Notes under the pieces: generated by a model
What the model was told of the DNA's origin: nothing
The model's input: only the letters and a program-made list of their open reading frames with translations
The model's database searches: none
Position numbers and translations under genes: made by a program
Assembly: GCF_009914755.1 (NCBI RefSeq)
Contig: NC_060937.1
Direction: 5' to 3' (one strand)
DNA: 64,000 bases
Source: the human T2T-CHM13v2.0 reference genome, Homo sapiens
Shown here: positions 25,851 through 39,902 of the stretch, in pieces
Position numbering within the stretch: the stretch's first letter is position 1
How the letters are laid out: the number at the start of each line of letters is the position of its first letter

Positions 25851-27449
25851 TGACATGTGGAAATAGTAGTGTACCTCTTGAAAAACCTAAGTATTGGGGA
25901 ATTCTCTTCATTGAAAATGTGAAGAGAGTCTCATGCACCAAGTAGCATAATTTTGCATTAAGTTAGAGATTAAAGCAATATCATGGACAAGATTTATTTT
26001 TGAAAAGGTAATTTTCATATCAAATGACAGCCATGAAGAATCATAAAGACCTTGAAACTATGGTCAAGGTGTGGAAAATTTCAAGGATAGAGAAGAAGAG
26101 GTGTTTTTTTTTTGTTTCACACTATTTGTCTCAATATTCATATATCATGACAACCTCTTATTGTGCAGTTGTTATGAGTTTAATAAAATTTCCATCATGT
26201 TTGATATAAAGTATCATGGGCATGGCTGGTATATTATGCAGTTAGTCATTATGCTACCACTGTGGGTTAACCTCAGAAGGTCTAAAAAAGACTCAAATGT
26301 TGCTATATTATAGAAAATGCCCCCAAAATACCTTTCTTGGAGGAGTCTAAAAGCTAATGAGTTGGAAGTCTTTCTACTGAAATTCTCTTATAAGCAACGA
26401 CAACAAACTAGTCAGCTGTGTTGATGCTTGTTGATGTTCTTCCTGTGCTCTGACTACATTATTGGGCATGGCTTGAGGTAAGGGCTTTTCCGGAGGTAGG
26501 TCAGCGTAGCACACCGCAGCACCCAGTAGATTTGTGGCTTCTGGGCCATCATCCTGGACTCCTGTGTTCCCAGTTTAGTTCCTCCACACTCTATTCCCTC
26601 TGAACTCAGATCAAAACCTCAGAATCTTTCTTTTGGTTGGCACCTATTAACAATGTATTGGGGTTGACTTGTAAGCTGATCCCTATTTGCCATTCTTTAC
26701 CTGGAGGAAGGTGGAAACCTGAAGATGGTACAAAGTTTTTTTAAAAAAATTATCCTCAGAAATAAAGACAATACGAAGCTCTAAAGATTTTAGAAAATTG
26801 GGCGCTGTAGACTAAAGCTTGTTGCTATAAGAAAGTTTAAAGTTTTCTTAGATTTTATTTTAGTTTCCCAAAGATATAGCCAGTAGGATACTGAAAGTAA
26901 AAAAAGGCTATCATGAAACCTTCAGGGAGAGTTGAAAGGTGGGAACCTTCTGAGTCACAGTTCAAAGCCAGGCTGCTAGATACATATTCCCTAAAAGAGT
27001 GCATCAGGACAGTTGTACAGAGGGTCCTGGAATTTGCAACTACAAGAAAAGGGTCACTTAAGGGACCAACACGTCTAAGGAGACTCTCAATGGTCAAGAT
27101 GAGGCATAAAAGTTCATACTAATTAGAGGATATATAAATGGATTCAACCAATTATTTGATCCAATTAAAATCAGCCGTATTAAATTCTTTTAAACATAGA
27201 AAAGTAACTTTTCATACTGATCTTAAGCAACCCAAATATCCACAAGTTCCATGAGTGTACACATGAAGTAATAGTAGTATTCATATTAGTATTAATAAGT
27301 ATGGCTTCTGTTAAACCCCTGAAAGGGGACTTTAGCACTTTCTATCACCTGGAAATTTCCTTTTCTCTAAAAGCTGCTCATAGCAGGGTCTAGTCTTCCT
27401 GGATCTCCTGCTCTGCTTCTTTTTCTTTTTTGCATTTCTGTTTCTCGTA

Positions 27450-27670
27450 GTTAATAATTATTAAGTACTTGCTTTGCGTCAGATATTGTGATCAAAGCTT
27501 GGCAAGCACTATCTCAGTTAATCTTCATACTGAGCTTATGACACAGGAGCCATTCATTATTCTCCTTGGTGTATACGTGAGAGAACAGAAAGTCTGGAGT
27601 TGTTAAGCAATTGGCCACTCCACTAAAGTAGACTGGAGTGGAGCCTGAACTCACCAGTAGAGTTTTTCTA
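27450..27670 (-). mobile_element. MIR fragment
   Basis: ttattaagtactt ... gttaagcaattggccact ... ggagcctgaactc. Confidence 0.55.
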
Positions 27671-28798
27671 ATGGCAAAGCCTGTGCTTTCTGTGACTACG
27701 ATACAGAGGCCTGTTGATGAAGGCCTCTCCTCATGGTCATTGCTACAGGAAGGGATGGTCTTGGGGCTGTTCCCTCCCATCCTTGTCCAAGCATAGCTTT
27801 TTCTACTCCTGAGAGTCCTCAGACTGGCCTGACCTATAGTTAGATGGCAGGACCTCTGAGGCAACTATTCCTGTACCCTCAGACATCAGGCTCCAAAGTC
27901 TTTCATAAAAGCAGCTCTTAGTCTTCCTCTAATTCTTTCCTGTCTCCTTCCTATAAGCCCCAGGACTTAAAAAGAAACAAACAACCTGGCAAAAAAAAAA
28001 AGCTTTCCCTTTGCTGCCTCAGTCTAAAATTAATTCTGTAGTGAAAATAGACATCTAGCTCATAAGATCAGAAAACAGCAAGACCCTGAAATTCCATTTC
28101 GGACCCAGCTGGGGCGTTTTTCTCTTACAAGTGAAACTCTCTCCACGTGTGTCTTCCACACAGCGAAGTAATGGCAAACCCAGGGCAACAACCTGAACAT
28201 TTAGATCCCATGGGACAAGTAAAACCACCAGGAGAAGGGGAATGAACTCCAAGAAACTAAATGTAAGTACTTTTTAGATGGATTTTTGATGGGTATTGGG
28301 TCAATTTTGCAGCAGTTTTATGGAGGAGCTGGGTAGAAATGTGTTGCACATTTGAAAAGGCAGAAAATTTCTACAAGGAAACATTTTATTCTCGTAATTA
28401 TATCTTTTTCAGGTATTTCTAGAGTAAGTCTTTTTAGAATGGTGATGAAAGGCCCAATTAAAAAAAAAAAAACAAACAGTGATGCGGCAAGAACTTGGCC
28501 CCTCAGCTCCAGTGAGACCCCGTCGTACATGAACAGGGTCATGGCCACTCTGTTCCCACAGCAGAGACTGGTTGCCAAGGACAGGCTGAGATCTGCTCTA
28601 TCTGCTCCTGTCCTGGGGCCACTTTGGTTCTAAAATCATTTTGTAGCTTTGGCTGAACACATAGGGGCTTCAGCCAAGTCTGTGAGTGTTGGGGGACTGG
28701 CAGGGAGAAGAATTGTTTAAAAAGTAGCCACCAAAACCTGTAAAACAATTGAAATAAGGGTAAAAGAACAAGAGTCAAGATATTGAAGAGAAGGATGT

Positions 28799-29117
28799 GG
28801 CCGGGTGTGGTGGCTCATACCTGTGATCTCAGCACTTTGGGAAGCTCACGCCTGTAATCTCAGCACTTTGGGAGGCCGAGGCGGGTGGATCACCTGAGGC
28901 CAAGAGTTCGAGAGCAGCCTGGCCAACATGGTGAAACCCCGTCTCTACTAAAAATACAAAAATTAGCTGGGTGTGGTGGCAGGCACCTGTAATCCCAGCT
29001 ACTCGGAAGCCTGAGGCAGGAGAATCAGCCGCAGGTTGCAGTGAGCCGAGATTGCGCCATGGTACTCCAGCTTGGGTGACAGAGCAAGACTTCGTCTCAA
29101 GAAAAAAATAAAAATAA
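28799..29117 (+). mobile_element. AluS with a 31-bp internal tandem duplication and a right-arm deletion
   Basis: gctca..ctgt.atctcagcactttggga occurs twice (28813, 28844); gagaatc-agccgcaggttgcag lacks the usual gcttgaacccggg. Confidence 0.92.
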
Positions 29118-29852
29118 AGAGAAAGATGTGTTAAAATGATAAATATTTGTATAAGAATATCCAAGTAAAGAGAAATTGATGCACCTGAGCACAAAATGTG
29201 GTTGTCAGATAAAGAGGTAGGACAAAAAGAGTTCATGATGACTTTAACAGCTTTTATTATTTAATAGAAGAAAGAGTATCAATTTATCAGGAAAGATCAC
29301 CTGTTTCTTGTGACATAATTTTAAGTTCACAATTTCTTGTTACAATTATTTTACTTTATTCCTTTTTATTCCCAGTTGCTTTATTAAATCATGGAGATCA
29401 AGGATTATGTGCACTTTCTTTTTGTCTTCATATCTTTAGTAATAAACATAGTGTCCAGAAGAGATATTGATTAATAAGTGAATGAATAAATAATATAATA
29501 ATGATCAGGCATAAATAACATATTTTCTAACATATTTAAAGACTTAATAGTCAATTGTACATCTGGGAAAGTATTTCTGTGAGGCACAAAATAATATAAT
29601 CCAGGCTAAAGTTTTTAGATGCTCTGACTAATTATAATTTTGGACAGAGCTTAGAAATAGGGGAAATCATTATTAGTAAAGTCATCAGAAATCTTGATTT
29701 TCTTCAGGAGGTTTTTGTCAAGATTTGGATGGTCAGTAATTGAAGATGGAAATTATAAGTGAGTACTTAAAGTAGAGACAGCTTTTCTCTGTTTTTGACC
29801 GGAAAAACGATCCATAATAACTTAGATTCTAAGCACATAGAAAACAAGGCTG

Positions 29853-30566
29853 ACTGTAATCCCAGCACTTTGGGAGGCCGAGGAGGGTGGATCATTTGAG
29901 GTCAGGAGTTCGAGACCAGCCTGGCCAACATGGTGAGTCAGGAGATTTCCCTGCAGATGGGTTTGTGGTTTCAGTAACTTCGAAGAGTGAAGCTGAGGAC
30001 CTTCGCAGTGAGTGTTACAGCTCAGAAAGAGTCCACAGACCAGGAGAGTGAGCAGCAGCGCAGTTTATTGAACAAAGTGAAAGGAAAACGTCCATGTGGT
30101 GGAAGGGGACCTGGAAGAGCTGCCATTGCTGGCTCGGGTGGCTAGGGCTTATACCCCTGTGCTATCCCCTCCCCTTTCTTTTTTTTTTGTCCATTGAGAG
30201 TGGTTCTTTTTTCAGTCCTCCCTTGGAGTGGTTACTTTTGAATCCTTCACTCAATTGGTTAAGAACTCAAAACGCTGAGTCACAGGGGTCTTTTGCCAAA
30301 GTCCCTGAACTGGCCCAGGAAGTCCCGCCAACTTCATCCCTCAATGGTGAGACCCTGTCTGTACTAAAAATACAAAAATTAGCTGGGCATGGTGGTGCAT
30401 GCCTTTACCTCCAGATAATCGAGAATCTGAGGCATGAGAATTGCTTGAACCTGGGAGTAGAGGTGGCAGTGAGCCAAGATCACACCGCTGCACCCCAGCT
30501 TGGGCAACAGAGTGAGACTTTGTCTCTAAAAAAAACAAAACAAACAACAACAACAAAAAAAAAAAA
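29853..30566 (+). mobile_element. 5'-truncated Alu split by an LTR
   Basis: Left part ends ccaacatgg (29933); resumes atggtgagaccctgt (30344) through to the A-rich tail. Confidence 0.92.
29934..30343 (-). mobile_element. ERV1 solo LTR (LTR12F/LTR30/MER61 group)
   Basis: TG...CA ends, 4-bp TSD atgg, AATAAA on minus strand (tttatt ~30063), gaagctgaggaccttcgcagtgagtgttacagctc motif as in ERV9-related LTRs. Confidence 0.8.
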
Positions 30567-30799
30567 GGGTGACATTTTTGTACTTTTAAAAAATCTTAAA
30601 ATTTAAAAATCTTCAAAATCAAATTTTTGCCCATATGGAAGACCATACCAAATTGGTTATACTATCACAGGATATTTGGAGGTAGAATCAAACCCAAATA
30701 TTGTAAAATAATTTTAGTTCTGTTTACATGCTAATGAAAGCCTTGGAGTTCTGCAATGCAAAATACATAACTACTGTTAGTAGATTAAAAAATGGGGTC

Positions 30800-30990
30800 A
30801 AGATTATTGACTTTGGAAACAGATAACTTGAGTTTAAGGCCTTGCTTCACACAGCTTCTACCACTCCTGTGACCTTGTGCTAGTTAGAGATAGTAATACC
30901 TACTTCACCAGGCTGATATGAGGACAAACAGAATATCATGCTAAGCACTTAGCGTGGAGCGAGGCATTAGTAGGTATTCCATAGGTAGTC
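30800..30990 (+). mobile_element. MIR fragment
   Basis: gactttggaaacagataacttgagttt ... ctgtgaccttg ... gatagtaatacctacttcac. Confidence 0.65.
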
Positions 30991-32479
30991 ACTGCTATTT
31001 CTCTGTAAAAAATAAAAAGTAAAAAATAAAAAATAAAAAAAACAAAGAAAATGGTTAGAGAAAAATGTTGAGCTTGCCTGACCTTGGAGGGTCAAGGTTA
31101 TGATGTTAAAATACAAAGAATCTGTAGAATATGTTTTTAAAGTACAAATCAAATATTAATAGATAATAGTAATATAGATAATAAATAATCCAAATAATAG
31201 TTTTGAATTTCAAATATGTAATATATTAATTGAACTGTTCTCACTCAGGACATCTTATCTGCATAATAGAATGTGTGTGTTTCCCATCTGCTCCTGTCTG
31301 GGAGGCAGAGATCCAGTGGCCTAAAAGCTATACCATATTACTTAGGTGTAGATTAAAAAGCTAAAGGAATAAGGAATATCCTGTCTTGATGACATTTAAA
31401 ATGTGAATTTGCTCCTTCAAAAGGTCATTACTGTCCATTGTTTCTCAAAGTGGTGTGATAGAAATTTAAAGGAGTGTCCAGAGCATGCCTGATGTAACAC
31501 CCTGATTCATAGGTTTGGCTTTTCTTTTATATTAAGGCCAAAATGTTTCCTATGGGACTATACATCTCTGAAATGACAGTGCAAGGCTTCTGGAGAGTGA
31601 TTCCACACACGGTAAATACTGCTTTTGCTTTACTGGTGCTCAGGCAGGTTTGTAAGACTTGGAGAGGTGGTAAGTCCAGGACCCACAGTGCTGGCCTGCA
31701 TTCCAGGTGGGTCAGAACATATAGGAAGGCTGGTTTGTGGTTTTCCTCCATGCTGTAGACAGTGGGTGCCTAGCTAAAACTCCTTGGTTTAACTTCTTTT
31801 ACAGTTCTTCATGTTTCCTATTTAGGGAAGACACTGTTCACAAACAGACTCACTCTGACCCCTGAGATAGAAGGGACCAGGATAGAGAGCAAAGGAGGAA
31901 GGGAGTCAAGGGCTGGGAAGAGTAAAGGCTAAGAGATAGATCTGGAGAAGATGTTGATGACCGCTTAGCAACAAACTGTTTTGATAAGATATCATTTGTT
32001 TGAAATTCTAGGCAAGTCATCACTAAGTTTTACTGGTTGTATTTGTCCATTTTACAACCCTATTTTGATACATACTGAGCTAGTGTGTCATTCATTGTTC
32101 ATTCAATCAGAAGAAAAGAACCACTTTATCAAGGGCTTTGTTGCTGGGGTCTGATCTTTTGCAACTTTGCAGCTGGTTAAACTGTCTCTGTGAGACTGTT
32201 GCCCTCACATCAGCTGCTGGAATTTACAGTCTACAGGCTGTGAATCAGGAAGGATACTATAACTAAAATAGAGCTCACCTGATCACTTACACAAGCTTCC
32301 GTGCTAATGTGGCAACATTATGTAAAATAATCGACATCCATGTGGCTCAGAATATATTTATATTTTCAGATTATCAACACAGTTTTTTTAATTAAACAAA
32401 TTTAAACTACTAAGAGTTAGCTTGAAATCCTTAGCGACTTGTGAACCTCCAGTTTAAGAAACCCCCAGTTAAGAAACAT

Positions 32480-33920
32480 TGTTATAAATGGAAAAAGAGT
32501 CAGACAGACTGGATTCAAATCCTGTCTCAACTCCTTATTAGTTGTGATCTGACATGTTCTTAAAATCTCTATGTCTCTGTTTCCTCATAAAAAAATAGAT
32601 AGTAATGCACATATATAATTCATTGGTTCGAAAAATTCAATGACGAATTCACTAATTCAGTAAATACTTATTGAGAATTTACAATGTGCCAAGACTGCTT
32701 CTAGGCCATGGACATATACCAATGAACAAAAGGGGGTAAAAGTCCAGTAAGTGAAGACAGACAAAGTACATATATACATACATAATGTCAGGTGGTGATA
32801 TGGACTAGGAAGAAAAAAAGCAGGGCCAGGAGACAGGATGGATGGCAAGGTGGTATTTTATAAATGGCAGGTAAGGAGGCTGTGTCAGCTATCAATGGCT
32901 GAGTAAAAAATTACCCCAGAAATTATTAGCTTAAAAAATACATATTAATTATCTCACAGTTCCTGTGGATCAAGAATCTGGACAATGATTAGCTTCAGGA
33001 TGTCTCATAAGGTTGCAATCAAGGAGTTGGCAAGGGCTGAGGTCTTATCTGAAGGCCTGACTGGGGAAAGCTCCACTTACAAGCTCTCTTATGTGGTGGT
33101 TGACTAGATTTGATGCCTTGAGAGCTGTTAGACTGAGGGCCTCAGGCCTGTGCTGACTGTTGGCCGGAGGCTGCATTCTGCTTCTTGCCACATGGGCCTC
33201 TCCAACATGGCAGCTTATCTCATCAAAGCTTGCAAGAGAGACACCCTGACACAAGGCAGAAGTAACAATCTTTATAACCAAATTATTTATGTGGCAACAC
33301 CCCAGTGTTGCTAGCTGCTATTGGTTAAAAGTAAATTATTCCAGGAGAGGAAATTATGAATACCAAGAAGTGGGACTCTGTAGACATGATCCTAGAGGCT
33401 GCTTGCCACAGAGGGCCTCCCTATAGAGAAAATATTTATATCTCTCTTAAATGAATACCAAATTAATTGGAAGAGTAAAGCTTATGTATAGCTCAGGGAA
33501 GAGTTTTCTGTGGAAGAGGAAATAGTAAGTGCAAAGAATTGGAGGTGAGAGTGTCCTTGATGTGTCCAAGGGTCAGGATGAAAACCAGAGTTGCTGAAGA
33601 AGCAGGGGAGAAGCAAAGGGTGAAAGAAGTTCAAGAAGTTAGAAAGGCTGATTCATGCAGGGTCTTGAAAGTCATGGGAAAATGTTTGGATGAGATTCTT
33701 AATTTATTTTGAATGAGATTAGAAGTCATTAGAAGACCTGAAGGAGTGGAGTCACAGAGAGTATTTGTCTCTGAAAAGGGTCTGGCTGCTGTGGGGATGG
33801 AGGTGGGAAAATAAAAGTAAAATAAGGGACACCCAGTGACAGCCTGAGGCAGTGGTCCTGGTGAGTGATGAGGGTTGTTTGCAGGATGGTGGTAACAGTC
33901 ACTGGAAAATAGAAAGCATT
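32480..33920. mobile_element. MIR (~32480-32640) and antisense L2 (~32655-33920) interrupted by an MLT1 LTR (~32881-33410)
   Basis: attcagtaaatacttattgag (L2 3' end); tgtgtcagctatc ... ctagaggctgcttgccaca (MLT1). Confidence 0.75.
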
Positions 33921-36099
33921 CAATCAATGTCAGTCATAATATTATTATTGCCTTTGTTTCTTAGATCCACGAATCTCAAATAATTATACATGTGAGTATT
34001 GCCTGAGTAATTTGTTTTAAATATAGATATGAGGCTCTCCCTCCAGGGCAGTGGCTTAGTATGTTTTGAGGGCAGGGTGGTATAACATAAATCTGCATTT
34101 TAAAGACTTAATTGATTATTCTGCTGTGGGTTATTCATGGCTATATGATAAGAAACATTACCTTTCTTATTATTTTTTACAAAACACAAAGTAAATGTGA
34201 TATGAAGAATCCCCCTAACTGCCACATACACACTCACACAAACATTGGAATTCCTGAATTCATTATTTAGTGAAGTCTGACATGGTCTTGGGAACAAGGG
34301 TGATTCTGCTGTGAAGAATATAGGGACAGGGCAATAGAGCGGAGTACTTTCCCAACAGTCATTCCTATACTCAAGTTCCCATGAGGAGAGAGCAGAGTGG
34401 TGGGGATATATTTCTTTTTTTTTTTTTCTTTTCCTTTTTTCAAACCTAATTTCTCTAGGTAACTCTAAATTCAGGCCTATAGATAGATGTGTCTCTGTTT
34501 TAATCAAATTTCATGGGTGTCTTAAAAGGAAAGATGCTGCATAAATTATCAGTACACGTATTAGAAACTAAAGTTATGTTTCTCTCATGCAATCTTGACA
34601 ATGGCAGCAGATTGTGTTTGACATGTCATTAATGATGCAAGAGTTAGAAAAATGATTTAGTTTTGTGAAAAACTAAGCATGTTACTTGCATAACTCATTT
34701 TTACTGATAAAATGTAAAGTCATGTTCAGTAAAGCCAGCGATCTTTGTGTATGGCTGTGTGTGTGTGTGTGTGTGTGTGCACGCATGCGTGTTTGGGGGC
34801 AGCCTTGGTTATTGAAATGATAGTATCTCACTTAGTTCAAGAACACATGATCCTTTAGAAATCGTGAGATTAGACATCATGTCTCCCTTTTTCTTAGTCC
34901 ACCCCCTTTCCATATGTTATATTTACATTTTCCTTTGTAATTAAAAATATTGTGGATAAGAAGTGTCTCTTACCTATTCCAGAATCCATGCCCCTTCATT
35001 AGAGCTAACCAATATTAACTCTTTGTATCCTTCTAGAAATTTTCCATGTATATGCCCAGATCCTTTTGTTTATCCAAATGAAACCATACTAAGTGTACTG
35101 TTCCATACCATACATTTTCTCTATATATTAGCTTTTTCTTTAAACAATTAAATCCATTTTTTATTTGAGTAATACAATACATTGTAAAAAGATTCAAACA
35201 TCACAAAAGAGAAGACAGTGTAAAGTAAGTCTTCCTCCTAACCAGTTATCCTGATCCCCTCAGTTACTCTCCCCAGATAAAACTCTTTTCATTCATTTCT
35301 TGTGTATCATTCTAGAGATGGCCTATGCATATACAGGCATAGAGATGCATGTATCTATGTCATCCTTTGTGATGCTATACTGTGAAAATCATTTAGTACT
35401 TCTGGGCATCTAGATAGGAGACAAATTATTCATAAGCAAATATGAGGCACCTCTCTGCCTACCCTAAAGGAGAAATACTGCCTGTGGGTTTAGGGAAACT
35501 GAAGATCAAACAAAAACGCAAGCATATGAGCTCCCTAGACATATGCAAGAATGGGAGGAAAGTTTTTCATTTAGAAGGAGCTTGGCTTGAAGAAATAGAA
35601 ATGAAGGGAGCTCTCTATGACCTTAGCCTGGGCCATAAACAGATTAAGATGCAGAAAACATTCTAACATTGAGATTCTACAGCAAAAATAGACTGGCATC
35701 CAGTAACTGGATATGAAGGTCTGGTCTCCTAAGCTGGCTCCATCTGACTTTGCCTGTCATTACCATTGATATGTGTTTGGTCTCCAAACAGCTGGATGGC
35801 AATTTTTCTAAATATAATAAAAACTTGACTGATCTTAAATGAAATAAAGACAATTTTATTACCACTTGTAAGATTCTTAGTGAAAAGAAGCAAATGGAGG
35901 TTCTTAATGTTGACATTGCTTCAAGAAATAGCCTTTAAAACCTTAGATGGTCAAAGTGAAGGCAAAAGGGGTGTGATGCTGCTACTCTCTAAGCCCAAAT
36001 TCTGAGATTGCTAGTCTCAGTGGGAATATTCCTTGGATCCATCCATCCCTTTTCCTATTGTTCTTTCCTATTGTCTGTCATCAGAAACGACAAATATAG

Positions 36100-36855
36100 T
36101 GATACAAACTTGAGACGGAAATACTGGGTAGAAGCGGGCGGTTCCCTGGCAAAAGCCCCACCCTCAAGCTTGGAAACCTGCAACCCTAAATGGGAACAAG
36201 TGTTCCTGTTTTCGCACCCAAAAGTTGCCTTTTGGCCCACCACACCCTCTATCCTGTACCCATATGAACCTCAAACCCCAGTCTCCATGAGCAGATGAAC
36301 AGAAGGGCAAAAGAGCAGCAGAACGGCATGGCACAGACGGAGAGGAGAGTCTGACATCAAGAGGAGTTCATCTGGGGATGGTTGGAGAGGATACCGGCCG
36401 CTGGATGGCCAAATTCCAGGAAAAGATCATCTTCCCACCCCATTTCCTTTCCAGCTTCCTACCCATCCCACTGAGAGCCACCTCCGTCACTCAGTTAAAC
36501 CTCTGCATTCACTATCCTTCAAGTCTGTGTGTGACCTGATTCTTCCTGGTTGCCAGACACCAGACAAGAACTCGGTACTAAGAGGGCACTGAGCTGATTA
36601 ACACTTAGATCATCTATAGATGGCAGAGCTAAAAGAGCTCTGTAGCATGCCCACTGGGGCTTTGGGAGTTGCAGGCACCCACCCCTAGATGCTACTTTGG
36701 GGCTGGAGCCCAAAACTGCTCACCCTGGCTCCTGCACTTGCCCATCTGTGTGCTCCTCTTCCCCTTAGGGGTCTGAGCAGCAGTGGCAGCCAAACAGACA
36801 AGCCACACCCCTGTTGCACATCCTGAAAGGGGGGTCACGGAACTCTTCCATTTCA
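36100..36855 (+). mobile_element. ERV1 solo LTR (LTR1 family)
   Basis: tgatac ... gggtagaagcgggcggttccctggcaaaagccccaccctcaagc ... ccatttca; 4-bp TSD atag. Confidence 0.85.
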
Positions 36856-38612
36856 ATAGAGCTTTGAGGTCTTATTTATATACATCAGCAAATGCATTCT
36901 GTTGGAGAAGCTGATGTCCCAAAAGAATACTGTAAATGTCTTGAAATCTGAGAACTTACTTTCCAATTGCAATGAGTTACCTGGTAATTGTAGGTAATAG
37001 TCACCAAAAAATCGGATTTGAAGATAACAAAGAGAAGTCCTTGCTGGAAGTGTGAGTTCTGATTGACTCCTGGATCAGAAAATTTTCCCACCAGGATTTT
37101 CTAAAGGGGCTATTGACTTACTTTCCTAATGTCTCAAACCAGCCCATAAATCATAGCAAAGAATATACACAGGCTTTATTTCTTAAGCCAAAGAGTGAGT
37201 GAGAAAGAAAGAGATAGAAAGGTTAAAATATTAGTTATTGATTTTTTGGCAGGCAAAATTAATAGTAGCTTCTCTTCCTCCATAGTTAAATCCATGTCCT
37301 AACTATAACCTCTCTTTTATTGAAAAGCCCAAGAAATGCATGAAGAATTTTGGGATTACTGCTTTGATTGAATCTGCTAAATAAAAATATTATTCTTCAT
37401 GGGAGGTTGAATTGCTGTTTGGACTGCTGATGTGAAGTTTTCCATTTTGGCTGCTCCCTCTGGGAGAACTAGATCAGCCTTAGGCAAGCCTTCTCTCCTT
37501 AGGGAACCAGAGTTTCAGAAGCAAACCTGACTAGAATAGACAAACTGCGGCTGGTGAAGCCCATGGACGCCTTGTGTGTTCTAGTACATGATTGAAATAA
37601 GACTCAATTACTTTTGACCCAATAGTCTTACCAGAAGTGATGTATAAATATGATACAATTTTCTTTCTACACATTTACATTAATTGGTACAGGGAAAATA
37701 AATTGACACACATTTAATTACTTCAAAGCCATTTTTATAATCATATTTGTTGTTTTGCTGTTTCTGTTATCTCTTTCAGAAAGTACATGAAAATGAGTTG
37801 GCATTTATGTGACACAGTAGTTGGAAAGCAAGCTTGACACTGTTTACAGCAATAAACTGAAAAAGAGTGATTTATTTCCCAAAAGTCCTTCATATTCAGA
37901 TCTTTTGGGTTCTATACATGCTCACTTGTTATACTCATTCTTCCCCAAGTCATTTCTGTCCATTCTCCATAAGTTAACCCAAGAAGATTTAGGTTCAATA
38001 TAAAGATACATTGAGGCATCTGATAGACATTAGTCACCCTAGGGTGACTGAAGGATAAAGAGTTGGTGTCTGGAACCAAGCTGTGGGACAAAATAAAAGC
38101 CTGCGGAGCCACCCTTGGTAGCAGCATTCTTTCCCAGACCTTGACACTTAGCTACATTGCAAGAGTGAAATTCCTATTCTTAAGCAGTCTCAACCTTCCT
38201 TAGACACGAAGCAATGCAAAAGACACGGTCCTAGATCCCCACTGTCCTTGGTTGAGGAGGTTTGTGGGTAGCAACAGGTGGCTCAGGCTGCAGCTGAATG
38301 GACAGCTGGAGTGAGAACCCTGGAAATACCTAGGCTTGACTTCCCATAATGCAGCATTTTTGGGCAAAATGAGGAAGTTAGAGCTTCCTCTGTTTAGAAA
38401 TGGTTTACTGAGGTCAGTGCCTGGCTGGGCTGATCATCTTTCCTTTAAGCAAAACTAAATTCATCTATTTCTGGTTGAAATGGGCTCAGCATTATCACCA
38501 GTTCATGCCTAACATTGTTGCAACCTTTGCTAATTTCATCTAATTCATAACTGCTTAGTGTATCTTCAAAGTAATTGATAGAACAAAATAATTTCTGGTA
38601 AAAAATGTCTCC

Positions 38613-38909
38613 AGCCGAGCATGGTGTCTCATGCCTATAATCCCAGCACTTTGGGAGGCCGAGGCGGGTGGATCACGAGGTCAAGAGACCGAGACCATCT
38701 TGGCTAACATGGTGAAACCCCGTCTCTACTAAAAATACAAAAAAATTAGCCGGGCGTGGTGGTGGGCACCTGTAGTCCCAGGTACTCTGGAGGCTGAGGC
38801 AGGAGAATAGCGTGAACCCAGGAGCCAGAGCTTGCAGAGAGCCAAGATCACACCACTGCACTCCAGCTGGGGTGTCAGAGCAAGACTCCATCTCTCAAAA
38901 AAAAAAAAA
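38613..38909 (+). mobile_element. Alu (AluY/Sc-like)
   Basis: ggatcacgaggtcaagaga ... tggctaacatggtgaaacccc; A tail. Confidence 0.93.
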
Positions 38910-39570
38910 CAACTCCATGTATTTATATTTTTGTCTTCTTGGAAGACTATTCGAATATATTTTCCTCTTTATTATGGGCTATCAGTTTTACTATTGCCAG
39001 GATATTTATTATACTGGTATTGATCATTTAATAAATTTCATTAACTCTATGTTATCTTAGAATGTATTGATACTCAGTTCACCTCATCCATAGCTATAAT
39101 CTTTGCCTTTGTCTCTGCTTTATTTCAGATACAGACGATTGTATTGTCTTAATTCCCTTAAAAAGTTTATTCATAAAATTCTCATTCACTTACACATAAG
39201 ATACTATGTACATATGCTTTCTGAAGGTTTTCTAAATGTGATGGTTGATATTGAGAAAATACAATTCTTGCATATCGTATAGGCTTTTTGTCAAATATAA
39301 TAGGCCTTTGGAATTAGAGGTATCCTTAAAAGTATTGCCAGAGAATCAATAGCTTAGTGTAGTTTTAATTATGTATCTGTATCTTAAGCCTTATCTTTAA
39401 TTCTTGAGCATGTGGTTGACTTATTTACATTATTATTTGCATTATTATTATTCTATATTTTAGAATAGGACATCATACATTGCTCTCACTGTCCCATCCA
39501 CCTCACTTTCTTCCACTCCACTCCCAGGCCCCAAGAACTATCAACTGGTGAAATAAGAGGGGGTGGGAAA

Positions 39571-39902
<332 letters not shown>

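Noticed and set aside
30094-30606. 170-aa ORF and other Alu-containing ORFs (7569, 13880, 28829, 38673, 42872)
   Set aside because: Chance read-through of LTR and Alu sequence with typical Alu-translation peptides.
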